A stretch of 64,000 bases of DNA from positions 75,193,411 to 75,257,410 of the forward strand of contig NC_068982.1 in assembly GCF_001194135.2 (NCBI RefSeq). The letters run 5' to 3'. The notes beneath the pieces are model-generated. The model was not told where the DNA came from and did no database searches. It was given only the letters and a program-made list of their open reading frames with translations. The position numbers and the translations under genes are program-made. Below, in pieces: positions 26,117 to 41,100 of this stretch (the first letter of the stretch is position 1; each line of letters starts with the position of its first letter). Origin of the DNA: Octopus bimaculoides. Lineage: Eukaryota.

Positions 26117-29100
26117 CTAAATAAAAAAAAAAGAAAGAGAAAAAAAAATTATACCATATTTAATGGCACATAAGATGCATATTTTCTTCCCCAAAATATT
26201 CAATAAATAAAATAAATAGGTGCAGGCATGGCTGTGTGGTAAGAAGTTTGATTTACAACCACATGGTTGTGGGTTCAGTCCCACTGTGTGAACACCTTGG
26301 AAAAGTGTCTTCTACTACAGCCTAGGGCTGACCAAAGTATTTTGAGTAGATATAGCAGATAGAAACAAGCCCATCGTGTGTGTGTGTGTGTTGGTGTGTT
26401 TACATCCCTGTAACTTAGCAGCTCAGAAAAAGGAGACTGACAGAATAAGTATCAGGCTTAAAAAAAAAAGTACCAGGGTTGATTTAACTGATTAAAACTT
26501 CAAGGCAGTGCCCCAGCATGGCTGCAGTCTAATGACTGAAACAAGTAAAAGATAGAAGGGAAATCACCCTGGGTCCTATATTACAGGTTTTAATGCATTA
26601 AATGTATTTTTCTTGAATGTGTGCAGATGAAACTGGGGTGTGTCTAATATGCCTATGTCTTTTATGCCATCAAATACAGTAATACTAAATAAAGGGAATG
26701 CAGAAAACACAAAATCAATAAGTCTTTTTTTTACTCTCCCTGTTTCTGGCTTTCTACTGTCAAAACTCTCTCTGCTATACTACTTCCTCAGTCTACATTC
26801 CTTAAGTTACTGAGCCCTCATTTACTGCACACAAGGTATACTTGCTTCCCTCGTTGGTGCTATGATGGAAAACCCATCTCCATCACATTCCTTCAAGAGT
26901 CATTGATGAATGAGGCTACTTTTCTAGTGTTGGTGTCATGAGATAATGCATCCAGTACATATTATAAAGTGGCTGGCAAATGAGCAGTGAACGTATAAGG
27001 TTGTGAGGGCCATTTACTTATCTTCACCATCATCACTGTTTAACGTCTGCTTTCCATGCTGGCATGGGTTGGACGGTTTGACTGGGGATTGGCAAGGTTT
27101 CTTCAGCTGGATGTCCTTCCTAACGCCAACCACTCCAAGTGTATAGTGGGTGCTTTTTACGTGCCACTGACACGGAGCCAGTCAGGTGGTACTGGCATCA
27201 ACCACACTTGAATGGAGCTTTTTACATGTCACCAGCATCAGAGAGCTATTCAACTTCTCTAGTATTGGTGTCACAAGGAAATGCACCGAGTATTTTATAA
27301 AAAACACTATATATTTTTAGATGAAAGAAATGTATATATGCATTTTTTTATCTTTTAAATTTCTATTCTTTCATTGTTTGATTAGCATGGCACCAATGGC
27401 AAATGTCTTCTGATATAGCCTGGAGTTGACCAGTCTTAAACATGAAAACTGGTCAAGAGTAACAATGTGAAAGCTTGTCAGAGGAATTCTTTCAGCTTTT
27501 GTTTGGTTGTCTTATTCTGTCACTCAACTTAATAACATGACCTGAGCTTTGGGTGCCATTAGCAAAGTTCACTCTGTTCCACGTATTTAACCCTTTCGTT
27601 ACTATATTTCTGACCAAAATACACCCCTCATGAGTTTCAATTAAATTCTATAATAATCATAAATTTAGACTAGTTTAAACAACTGTAATTTTTACTTATC
27701 AACATATTAATGTGATATTTGGAACATAATTAAAGAAAGGGTTCTTAATCAATTCTATTGCATAACTTTTGTCTCAAAGTGACTCTAATTACAGGTAAAT
27801 CCAGGTAAACTGAACAAAATGTAAAAATATTTAAATCTTGTTTAAATATCACCATAGAAAATGAATCATCAGCTAATATTCAAATGGGTATGCAACAAAA
27901 TTTTGATATAGAAGAATTGTGCACATCACTAGATTATCAGTAGAATTTAATGCACAGAAGAACAAGTGTACCATAAAGGTGAAATAAACTGAAATACTGG
28001 AATTTGTTTTTGAAGAAAACTAGAAAATTAAATACATCAACTAAATGAAATATACTCACACACATACATAAATACACAGGAACATATATAATAAAGATTT
28101 ACATTAGAAATTAAATCAAAACTCATCACTCACCTTATAGGTAAATTACAATTACAGATAAATTAAAATTACAAGTAAATAAAAATCTAATCATACATAT
28201 AATCATACAATCTAATCATACATATATACAATATTCACACAATATTTCTATCATGGAAAGTTGTATAACATCCCACTCTACACACTGCAACCATGCAGAA
28301 TGCACATTGGAAAGGCGTTTCAACTGGCCTTCCACTGGGAGTTTTCTTTGTTGATAGACATTCACGGCACTGCTTTTGCGACCTCCGATTTTTTCTAATT
28401 TATGGCGATTAACTGAACTCAGAGGGATATCTCTCTGGCAGGCTTTGCTTTTCCTTCCTGTAGTTATTTTTTTGGAGGAATAACCTGCCCTCAACTGCAT
28501 TGCTACATCTGCTCGGAACTGCAGATGGTCACATCACTTGCGAGCCCCTCCTGATTTGGTATATAAATGCATTTCCGATGCTCATATTTACTATGTACCA
28601 AACCAGGTATCGCCACCATTTATTACCCGGTCTACCAACTGGATAATAATTCATTATCTGGTCCAGCCGATCCACACCACCCATGTACCTGTTATAATCA
28701 AGGTTCACAAACAGGGTGCCATTTTCATCAACACATGGTTGTGCACTGGTAGATGGAAAATTTATCTGCCTCTTATCTCTGTATGTGGTCGCTAGTAGAT
28801 TTCCTTTCTGCTGTTGGATAATTTCACCACTTTCTTTTAATTTTGCTTTTTTTATATCCAACAGCAGCCCTTTTCTACTAGCAATTACTGTAGCACACGT
28901 ATATGTTGTCACAGCTTCTAAATTCACTGCAAGTTTGACCAAACTAAAAAATCAGTCAAAAAATAATATATATCCCTGCCATGGTATGGAATTGATAAAT
29001 TCCAGACCACATCGTACCCTAGGCAATGCTGACTAACATTATTGTCTCTTTTCCTTGAATAAAAACTAAATCCGCAGCAGTACCCACAAACTTTGATCCC

Positions 29101-32100
29101 CCATTTCATGGGATTTCCTAGCATATACTGTTTGTTTACATTCTGTGTAACGGTTTGTTTTTGCAGTGATCGCTTCAAACAAGCATACTGGAAAAAATAA
29201 GAAAAAAAAAGTCTAACGGTTTTGCTTCCTGAGAAAGACTATGGGTAGATCGCATCTCCCCAGAAAAATTGTTAATAAAAACATTTAAAAACTTTTTACT
29301 CCATTCCGATGTAAAATTGTCTTCGCTGTCACAATCGCCACTTTCAGTTTCTTCAGAATCGCTGCTTTCAGTTTCAGATACAGAAATATCCGATTCATTC
29401 TTGTACACCATGTGCTTTTGTACCTCATTCATTCTTTTTCTCAATATCTTCATATCTTCCATTGAAAAACCTTCAAATTTGGAATCACTGCTTGATAGCA
29501 TGAAATTCCTCTCCATTTTCAAAGTTGAAAAAAAAATCAACTCTGAAAAAATGTGGAAAAAAATCTCCCAAAATAACTAAGTTCAGATATGTTAAACAAT
29601 GTCAGATACTATAACTCAACTATTTACTAAGTGAAATCACGTGTTTTCATGAATGTACTAACGAGATTTGTGTTCAAATTCACATTTAAATAACAATGGG
29701 TACTCTCGGTCTTATGAACCAAAAGATCTTTCGGCCGGCCACGGCTGGGTTGGTATCGAAAGGGTTAAGCTAGGGTCTCCAGTTTGGACTCAGAAAAGGG
29801 TTGTGGATGCTGACCTCCGTCTGACTCAGCCATAAAAAAAAAAAAGTAGAGAAACCACTTTTCAACTTAAACCTGTTTCATAGCTTAACTCCGCCTTCCC
29901 ATCATTCTAGTTCAAGAAAACTCACTTTTAATTTATCCAATTCCGACTTCAATGAACGGACTTTTGATTTTTCCTGTTCCAAGTCTTGAGTTAATTTCAC
30001 CACCTACAAGATAAAGTCAAAAGAGATAGTAAAACAGTTTTGATGCACAAAAAGTCAATGGTCTATTTAGATTGTTTGTTAACCTGTTTCTGATGTTAGA
30101 AGCCAGTTGAACCTCTTATCTCAATATTATATTTAGAAAAACCTGTTATAGCAGTTGTGTGGTAATAAATCAAGTCAAGCAGATAATAGAAAATTTTTCA
30201 ATGATTTAGAGGCAACAATGGTCATGACATGAAACTTCCATAGTTTACTGACACTGACCCTAAAGGTCAAATATTACAGTATCTGCATTGCCTCCCGGTG
30301 CTTTTCATAAAATTCTGGTCACATAACTACTCTAATTGGCTTGACTAACAAATGTCCCACTTACTACTTCAGTTCAGCCTAATAGCTAGGGTGTGTGGCT
30401 CATTATCGTAAGACCATAGGTTCAATTCTTGCGCTAGGCAGCAAGTTGTGTTTTTGGCAAAGCACTTCATTTCACATTGCCTGTAGTAGCAGAATGCTAA
30501 TATACCCTTGCTTTCTCTCCAGCAACCACACTCTGAATGTTCCAGTGTGCCAAGGGTGAGGGACCCAAAAGGATGTCTATGTCTGTTTGCAACTAAAATA
30601 ATTAGTGAATGCATGGTACCAAGCCATACTTGCTTGGATTGTATTTGCTACACCATAACTGAGTAAGCATTAATAGCAAGGACACCCAACTGTATTGGGA
30701 GGTTATTAAAAGGAAAAAAACACCCCAACAAATACCCCTCTTTTAACACATCTAAATAACAGATTCAATAAAATATACTGAACTATTAGTTTCAATAAGT
30801 AATAAGCCGGACTAAGATGATAAATAATTAAGTAGATAATTAATTCAACATATTTTGCTTTGTAGTTTAGAAGTAAAAGCACTAAATGAACTAGGAACCA
30901 GTTGGCTTAAATCCTACTACTGACAATACGTTACATTATTACATATTGAAAAAGTGTTGTGGCTTTCTATGTCAATGCAATACAAAATAGAAGTGACTTA
31001 CTTCATGATATAACATTGGATGATAATAAAAGGTACTTGTACATCTATATAAAATAATAATGAATTTATAGAAACTTCCAATAACACAAGTTGGTAAGTG
31101 AAATGAATATACAGCCAGTCCCTCTATTCCCATCTGTCACTTCCTCTCACTCTTCCGTGAATTTACTTCCCCACCCATACCACTTCTCTTATATTTACCT
31201 TCCTCTAATTTGAAGAAGGCATGCTCTAACACATCTCCACTACCACCACCACTATCTTTGTTCTCCAACTGGAGTAAACATGCATTTCCCCTACAGCAAG
31301 GCACCTGTTCCTGTCCCTCTATCATACTTCAACTTCTCCTCACCTGACATACATCCACCTCTCTCAATACTACCACCCCACTCAGTTGAGGTGGTCTTGT
31401 CTTGCAAGTTACTTACTTCACTAATGCTGGTGCCATGTAAAATGCACCCAGGACATTCTGTAAAGTGGTTGGCATTAGGAAGAGTATTATACAACCATAG
31501 AAACCATGCCAAAGGTAGCATTGGAGCTTAGTGCAGTTCTCTGCCTCACTAGCCTCTGTTGAACCATCCAACCCATGCCAGCATGGAAAACAGACATTAA
31601 GTGATAATGATTTTCAAATAAAATACTTATTTGCAATTTTCCAGAATCATCCTTACACTCCCTTATCTTTTTAGGCAAATCATTAATTTTAATACAGCCT
31701 TAGTTTGTTCAAGAAAACATTTACTTTTACACAATTTCAAATGAAATATTTTTAAAAAATATTTATCAAATTCTCAGATGAATTACTTTTTTACAGACTA
31801 ATATTTTTTGGATGAAACATTTTCACACATCTTATATTGCCATGTNNNNNNNNNNAGTGTAATCAACATACCCACCAACCCAAATTTCAGCCTATATGCC
31901 TATAATAGAAAGGATTATTTTTACTATTATTATATAACCAAAACTAATAATATCCTTTCTATTATACACACACGGCCTGAAATCTAGGACAGGAATCTAG
32001 TTGATTACATCAATTCGTAAAAAATGCCACAGAACTGCTATTATTAGAAGGTCAGGTTTGTGTAGGATGAAAGATTGCAAAGATAAAGCACTATACAAGA

Positions 32101-35100
32101 AATTAATAATGAATGAAACTGAAAATAGGAGGGTAAAGAAAAGAATGTATGGTTAATTTCATAGGGATGTTGAAGATAAGAAAGACAGAGAAAAAAGATG
32201 ACTGTGGATGACTAAAAGTGATTTAAAACCAGAAACAGAGGCTCTAATCTGAGCTGCCCAAGAGCAAGCACTAAGAACAAACTACATAAAATACAGAATA
32301 GACAACACAGCAGAAAGTGATAAGTGCGGAATCTGTGGACAAAACAGTGAAACTGTATGGCATATTACCAGCCAATGTACACTACTAGCCCAGAAGGAAT
32401 ATAAGAGACGCCACGACAATATAGCCAGGCTTGTCCATTGGACACTTTGCAACAAGTATGAACTTGACAGAGCAAAAAATTGGCACGACCACAAACCTGA
32501 AGGCATTGTTGAAATTAGAAATGCAAAGATCCAATGGGATTTTATGATTCAGTGCGACCATGAGATAGAGAATAGGAAGCCAGACATAGTCTTAATTGAA
32601 AAAGAAAGCAAACTATGCTGGATCATAGATATAGCATGCCCAGCTGACAACAAAGTATGCAATAAGGAAGAAAGAAAAGTCGAGAGATATGACAGGTTAG
32701 CTTGGGAAGTTAAGCAGTTGTGGTTGATGAAAAAGGTAGTAGTAGTACCAATAATTGTCGGAGCCCTGTGAACAGTGAGCAAAAATCTTGAGAAGTACAT
32801 GGAACAAATAGGGACTGCAATAAGGATGGAGCACTTGAAGAAAACAGCACTGCTTGGAACCACTTGAATACTCCGGAAGGTGTTTGAAAAATAAGGTGTT
32901 ACCTTAGTTCATTGGTAGTGAACATCTGACACCATAGTACATCTACAGCGTTAGAAGCTGTGCAAAGGCAATAATAATAATAATAATAAATAATAATAAT
33001 AACAATAATAATACATACTGAATAACAACATGGACATGCTACACTGGGCTGCCCATTCAAAAAAAAAATCTAATGCAACAACATCGGTGGAATTAGATAA
33101 AGGAACCTGTGGAAGACTTGAAGGATCTGGTCTTTTAATGAAAATAATTAAAAAAAAAAAATTTTACTGCCATACAAAGCACAATTTCTCCTATGCATGA
33201 TGTCTCAGTGAAACATGTGCGAAACACACACATGAAGTCAACACCGGAAAGTTTACAAATTATAAAATAGAAATGGAACAAAACTGTGAGTACATAAATT
33301 GAGCAATTACGCATACACTGGTATGTCTACACAATCATATATACATTTTGATACCCACAGGACTACACACACATCTCAATGTTTACACACTATATGAAAT
33401 TTACAGGGCACACATTCACATATATGAGAACACGTGTCACAAACGAAGCAAAAACCAAAAACAAAACTTTTTTCTGTTTTATTTTTCAAACAGACATAGT
33501 GAACCATAGTGAACCATTCATAAGTTTAAAAACACCACAAAAAACTATGTTTGGAGATAAACAAAAAAAAATACAGACGAATACAGATCTGTTAGCCTTA
33601 ATAAGCTTCAGTACAAGCAATGTTTACATGCAGAGAACTCAGTGACAGTGTTGTCTCAAAAAATTGACCCTAAACAGACAAATCCATCCCCTAATGTCAA
33701 CGTTGAAGCTCATCATGCCTCAGTGATAACAAAGCAAATTACAAACCAGATTAGTCGTCGACTGGATCACAAAGGACCATGTACTCGATACAGATCTGTT
33801 AGCCTTAAGAAGCTATGTTATGAGTAATGTTTACCTGCAGAGAACTGAGATGGTGTTGTCTCAAAAAAATTGACCCTAAACAGACAGATCCGTCCCCTAA
33901 TGTCAACGTCGAAGCTCATCATGCCTCACTGTTAACAAAGCAAAATACAAACTGGAATGGTCATCGACCAGATTACAAAAGGCCACGTACTCGAATGAGG
34001 AACTAGATTTGATACGAGAAATCAGTAACTGGTTCAAATCTTCCTGACACACAGAAGCTGGAAGTACCCCACAACCAGAATATTCCAAAAGATGGCCATC
34101 CATGCTTGTCATCAAACAACCAAAAGAAGAAGAATGAAAAATGGTCTAGGGAAGATAATAAAGAAGTTCTTACAGCCTTCTACCATGCCATATATTTCCC
34201 CACAAATAAATCTAACACTGTACAAACCTACTTAAACTGGAGACAGAAACACCTTGAAGTAAGACCCTACATACACAGTAACAAACTTGTTAATGTCAGA
34301 AGAAACATTATGAAAAAATAATTACTAACTGAAGTAGAGATTGACCAAATTAAACAAGCAGTAAGGGAAAAAAAGAACAAAGCTGCAGCTAAAGAAGATA
34401 CTACAGAGGAAATAATTATAGACCAGCCCAGGTCTGATGAATATGCAGTAATGATTGAAGGAGTTAATATAACTAATAAGCAAAGTGAAATATTCTCTGA
34501 ACCAACCATAAACACTAAGGCAGATGAAAATCAAATAGATGAAGAAAGTCACAGAAATTGACCCAACTGAACTAGATGATCTAAAAAATCAAATCATGAC
34601 TGAATGGCTGAAAATTAAAGAAACCAGTATGAATGAACACGATACTCTCCCAAAATTTCGCAATTCTAACCAAAACCTGAAAATAATTGGTAAAATTCAC
34701 CTTGCACTTAAGGATACAATTTCAGCTAATGATCAACCACCTGTACTATGCATCCGCGAAAATCTCAACAATTCTATGTGGTGAAAAGATTAGAAAACGA
34801 CAACATTCCCACAAAAAGCAAGAGCGTATTCAACACCAAATGAAGCTACTTAGGTCTGACATAGAATGTTTGAAAAACCTTAAGTTTGACAAGAATCAAA
34901 CCTACAAAAACCCGAAAATTAAAGAAAATATATAATATGAAAACCATATTTGACATTGATAACACCATAGAAACCATCAAGCAAAAGGTATGTGCTAAAG
35001 CTACCCGCATAGCAAGGTATGAAAAGCGTGTTAGATTCAAGGACAACATGTTCAAAAATAACCCCAAAAATGTTTACAGGAAGATAGGGAAGATACTAGC

Positions 35101-38100
35101 TACAGTAAAGTCTGTCCCATCAAAAGAAGTGCAGGAATTTTGGAATAAAATTTGGGCAGAAGAAAAAACACACAATGAAAAGGCCCCTTGGATTGATAGA
35201 ATATCTACAGACTTAGACTCCTTAGAGGAGCAAAAGTGGGAGGGTGTCAAGGTAGAAGACAAGATCTGCTCTCAGGAGGTCAAGCAAATGGAAGTCTTCA
35301 GGAAAGAATAAAATTCCTAACTTCTGGTTGAATGCCTTCCCAGAGAGCCATGAACTACTAACAAAACTTTACAACAATGTTTTGCAACATCTTAGTATGA
35401 TCTGCTCTTGGCTAGTTAATGGTTTAACATTCCAAAAAATGAAGAAACAAATGAACCAAAAGATTATCGACCCATAACCTGCTTAACAACAATGTATAAA
35501 ACGCTAACATCTGTCCTGACTGACTATACCTATAGTTTTTTAATAGAGAGTAGCATATTCCCTAATGAGCAAAGAGGATGTAAACGTGGATCTATAATGG
35601 TTGTAAAGATCAGCTACTCATCAATAAGATGATCTTAGAAGATTGTCGCAAACAACACAAAAACTTGTCAATAGCCTGGATAGACTATAAAAATGCTTTC
35701 GATACCACATAGATGGATTAAGAAATGTCTGGAAATGTATAAAATAGCTCCTACTCTGCAAAACTTTTTGTCTGTAAGTATGAAACCATGCAGAACTACA
35801 CTGACTTTGAACAGTGACAATGAATCTCTAAATGCTGGATTTGTAAGAATGTCATTTGGCATTTTCCAGGGTGACTCACTATTACCACTCCTCTTTTGTC
35901 TAGCCTTAATACCTCTCTCAAAATTGCTCAATGATGCACAGTACAGTTATAAAATGTTTGATAAAAATATAAATCATCTCATTTACATGAATGATTTAAA
36001 GCTCTTTGCAAAAAATGACCAACAACTCAAGGGCTTACTAGCGATTGTTAAACAATTCAGTGAGGACATCAGGATGCAATTTGGCCTTGATAAATGTGCA
36101 AAAGGTGCCTTTATCAAAGGAAAATTGACAGAAACATCTAACGTTAACCTTGACCAGCAGAATGTCATAAAAGAGTTAGAACCAGCGGAGAGCTACAAAT
36201 ACCTAGGGGACAGAATCAAACATGATCAGAAGAGAATGTTATCGCAGGGTGACAGCAATACTGAAGACAGAGCTGAATGCAAGAAACAGGATCGAAGCAA
36301 TCAATGCTTTAGCCATACCAGTTGTGACTTACAGTTTCAAAATCATTAACTGGCCAATTACCGAAATATGTAATCTTGACAGAAAAATACGAAAACTGTT
36401 GACAATGCATAGAATGCACCACCCTAAGGCAGATATAAAACAACTTTATCGGCTAAGAAAAGAGGGAGGCTGTGGACTTTTACAACTGGCATTAACTATG
36501 AAGATTGCCACAATTGGCCTAGACACCTACCTGAAAAACTCTGAGGACTGGATGTTAAAACTTGTCTCAAAACATGAAAACAAGAAAGCATCATACTCAG
36601 TAACAAAACAGGCAAAGGAATATCTAAGTGAATTTCAAATAAAACAAATTCTGGAATTAGACATACTAGAAACAAGCACAGAAAAAGCTAAGCGTTTGAA
36701 AACCTGCGCTAAAACTGCTACCTTAGATATTCTTACTGATAAATGACAAGAAAAACCTCTCAATGGCAAATACCCAAAGAGAGCGAATAATGCTAATGTT
36801 GATAAAGCCCTTACCCATCAATGGCTAATGGCTTCTGGCTTAAAATCAGAAACAGAAGGGTTTATTATAGCAGCCCAAGATCAATGCCTACCTACAAGGA
36901 ACTACCAGGCCAATATATTAAAAAATGGCAGCTCCGCAATATGTCGTGTATGTCAACAACAAAATGAGACCATCGATCATGTTGTCTCCATATGCAGTTT
37001 TCTTGTGCCTACAGAGTATTTCAACAGGCATGATAGAACTGCACAATATATTCACTGGGTAATTTGCAAAAACCTGGACTTGCCCCATGATAAAAACTGG
37101 TGGGAACACAAACCACCACCAATGCTTGAAAATGATCACATCTCACTNNNNNNNNNNGAACACAAACCACCACCAATGCTTGAAAATGATCACATCTCAC
37201 TCCTCTGGAACTTCACCATTCGAATTGACAGAAAAATAGATGCAAATAGGCCAGACATCATATTGAAAGACTTCAGACAAAAATTTTGCCTCCTCATTGA
37301 TATGACTCCCAATCTATATAAATATATGTGTCAAGACCTACCAAAAACTGAGCAAGTATAAAGATCTTGAAATAGAAATTAGCAAAATATGGAACCTGAA
37401 GACTAAAATAATACCTGTTGTCATAGGTGCCCTAGGAATGATAGCAAAAGGGGCTGATTGCTACCTAGCTCAGATACCAGGAAACCCCAAAATGGCAGAA
37501 ATTCAAAAGATAGTGCTCATGGGAACTGCCCATATCCTACATAAAATACTGTCTATGTAATCTCAAATTTTAAAACAAACACATAATTTTCTTATGATTT
37601 CTTAAACATTCTATAGAACAAAACCAAATATATGGCACCCTAGGCATAACACCAACATGAACTTCTAACTTGTTGTCTCTTGAGGTCTCTGGGTAAGACT
37701 TGCAGCCAACTTGTACGAATGCAAAGCATAAGCCAAACATAAAAAAAAAGGCGATGATGGTGGTAATAATAATAATAATAAACACTTTCTGTCCATATTA
37801 ACTCAAGAATGTATAAAATTTGTTATTTGGGGTTCACTTTAAAAGTATCCTGCAAACAAAATTAAAATATTTTAATGTAAACATGGAAACAACTGAGGAA
37901 GATGTATGTACCGCAAATCCTCGAGTATAGTCCACCCTTGAGTATAATACACAGGGGATTTTTAGGGGGTTGTACCTCTGAAAAACCTAAACCTTGTGTA
38001 TAATACGCACCCCTTCTCTAACTTCAGTCAAGGAGGTCTATATAACGTCCTTGGTTTGTAAACATATATACAGTACCGTCCTTTATTATTATTGTGTATA

Positions 38101-41100
38101 TAACATAATGCAAATGTGTAGCTTTTTTGTGCACTTTGCAGAAAATAAAGAAATAACTGTAATAACGTCAGTGAAAAATAAATATTAAGTAAATTACCTT
38201 TACATATTTATCACTATCAGTNNNNNNNNNNNNNNNNNNNNNNNNNNNNNNNNNNNNNNNNNNNNNNNNNNNNNNNNNNNNNNNNNNNNNNNNNNNNNNN
38301 NNNNNNNNNNNNNNNNNNNNNNNNNNNNNNNNNNNNNNNNNNNNNNNNNNNNNNNNNNNNNNNNNNNNNNNNNNNNNNNNNNNNNNNNNNNNNNNNNNNN
38401 NNNNNNNNNNNNNNNNNNNNNNNNNNNNNNNNNNNNNNNNNNNNNNNNNNNNNNNNNNNNNNNNNNNNNNNNNNNNNNNNNNNNNNNNNNNNNNNNNNNN
38501 NNNNNNNNNNNNNNNNNNNNNNNNNNNNNNNNNNNNNNNNNNNNNNNNNNNNNNNNNNNNNNNNNNNNNNNNNNNNNNNNNNNNNNNNNNNNNNNNNNNN
38601 NNNNNNNNNNNNNNNNNNNNNNNNNNNNNNNNNNNNNNNNNNNNNNNNNNNNNNNNNNNNNNNNNNNNNNNNNNNNNNNNNNNNNNNNNNNNNNNNNNNN
38701 NNNNNNNNNNNNNNNNNNNNNNNNNNNNNNNNNNNNNNNNNNNNNNNNNNNNNNNNNNNNNNNNNNNNNNNNNNNNNNNNNNNTAATGGACACGTTAAAG
38801 TCCCGCTTATAAAAAACCCTAGTAAAGACCCACAGTAGTTCAAATATTTAATACTGGTATTTAATTAAGTATCTATTGTTTGCCACGGTTATGATGCAAA
38901 TTGCTAATACAAACAGTAGGATGAACTATTTAGCGCTAAACTATTAAGCACAATTCATGTGTAATTAAGCCAGCAGCACCTAGTCGAACAAACACTTCCA
39001 CGCATGCGTAATATAATAATGGTGATGTTCTTAACTGTTAAATGGGAATGTAAATATGTTTGCAAATTGTTTTTGTTACATGTTATTCTGTGTTCTGAAT
39101 ACTTTTATTTTAATAAATGTTGCTTATTGCAAGTTATGGATGATTCTTTTATGACTTCATTGCTTTCAGGCTTAGCTTAAGGTATTTTTGAGCCCGACAT
39201 CACAAAATACGTCTGAATAAACATTGCCGGACAGCAAATAGAGACTTGGACATTGCTTAGAAAATATTTTTCATTTTTAACCTCGTATATAGTAAGCACT
39301 AGGGATTTTGGCCTCTAAATTTTGGGAAAAAAAGGTGGATTATACTTGAGGATTTATGGTAGATGTTATCTAAATCTCAACTCTGTGTATGTGTGTGTGT
39401 GTGTGTGTAGCTCTGAAATGATGTAGGTAAACCATTCATATCTGAAATGTATGAACATTCCTCATCCATTCATGTAACATGTGTTTTAGACAAATATTAT
39501 TGAGGCACAGCTAGATGCCCTCCCTTCTTGTAACTAGTCCTTACCAGTTTTTCAAGTTAGAGACTTTTATTCCATGCGACTTCAAGAGTGCAGTGTAGGT
39601 ATGACTGTGTGATTAGGAAGCTTAGTTTGCAACCATGATTTGAAGTTCAGTTTCACAATGTAGCACCTTGAGCAAGTATCTTCTACTATAGCCCTGGGTC
39701 GACAAATGCCTTGTTAGTGAATTTGGTGTACTTGAGAAGACATATCAAGCTAAGTAAAATTGCAACCATCCATACATGCAGGCATGTCCTTACTGGCCAT
39801 GCCCCCACTCCCCGTCCTAGCTCAGAAGTTTTTGTCTTGCCGGTGCCAGCACCATGTAAAATGTACTCTCATGCCAGTGCCACATACAAGGGCACTCAGT
39901 ACACTGTATAGTAGTTGGCATTAGGAAGGGCATCCAATCCTAGAAACCATGCCAAAACAGACAATTTGGAGCTTGAACAGGTCTCTGGCTGACCAACTCC
40001 TGTCAAACTGTCCAACACATGCAGGGAAAACAGACATGATGATGATGATGATGATGATGATGATATACATATATATATATATACGTACACATTTGTGTTT
40101 GCTCTCATTACTGCTTGAAAACCAGTGTTAGTTTGTTGATGTCCCCATAACTTAGACTTTCATCAAAAGAGACCGATAGAAAAAGTACCAAACTTATAAA
40201 ATGAATAAGTACTAGATTTGATTTCTTTGACTAAAACCCTTCAAGGTAGAGCCCCAACATGGTCACAGTCCAATGAGTGAAACAAGTAAAAGAATAAAAG
40301 ATAAACACAAACAGACATATGTATGCACACACACATATCATTTAACATCTAGTTTCCATGCTATCATGGGTTGGTTGGTTTGACGGAGTCTAATGAGTTG
40401 AAAAACTGCATCATGCGCCAATGTCTACTTAGACATAGTTCCTTCAGCTTGATGCCCTTCCTAATACAAACCACTTTAAAAGTTACTAGCACTTATAATT
40501 ATCACCTCATAACTTGCAAAGCTAAGGGCTTTAAGTGACCCCTATAACTGAGGAAGAATAGAAGAGAGAGTGGGTGATGGTTCTAGGTGTAAGGATGAAG
40601 GAGGATAAGTAAGAGAGGAGAGGGTGAGAAAAGAAGTGTGGCAGGGAACAGGGGAGAGAGAAATGATTAGTGACAGGCTTGAGAAAAAGGGATAGATAGT
40701 GTTGAAAAGGTGATAGGATAGGTTGTATGAATATGAAAGCTGAGTCTACGACTATCCAACATTATAAGAGATAAGTATGGACAGAAGGTGTGAAGGAAAG
40801 AGGAACAGGAAGGGAGTAACAGTCTAGGGTGAAGAGGAATGCTGCGAGTCATTTGAAGGAAAAAGGGCATGGATAGGTCAGATTGAGAAAGATAAGGGTA
40901 TTGAAGAAGCAGACCTTTTGGGGAAAGGGTTTTTATTTCTCGGAGTATGGCTCTGAGGTTAAAAGGTTCACTTTTCAACCATATGATTTTTGTGCTCTGT
41001 CCCACTGTACTTCGGCACATCTACTATAGTCCCAGTCTGATCAATTCCTTGTGAGTGGATTTGGTAGATGGAAACTGTGGGGAAGCCCATTTCACAAAGA

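Noticed and set aside
33019-33131. Cryptic minus-strand exon (aaag|ACC...TCA|gtatgt) in the long GKAP1 intron
   Set aside because: 113 nt and contains TAA in the incoming frame; no homology; at most a poison exon with no supporting evidence
37104-37201. 44-bp direct duplication ([14 protein letters not shown] twice) in the RLE element
   Set aside because: Identical copies flank a 10-N gap, which indicates an unmerged contig overlap
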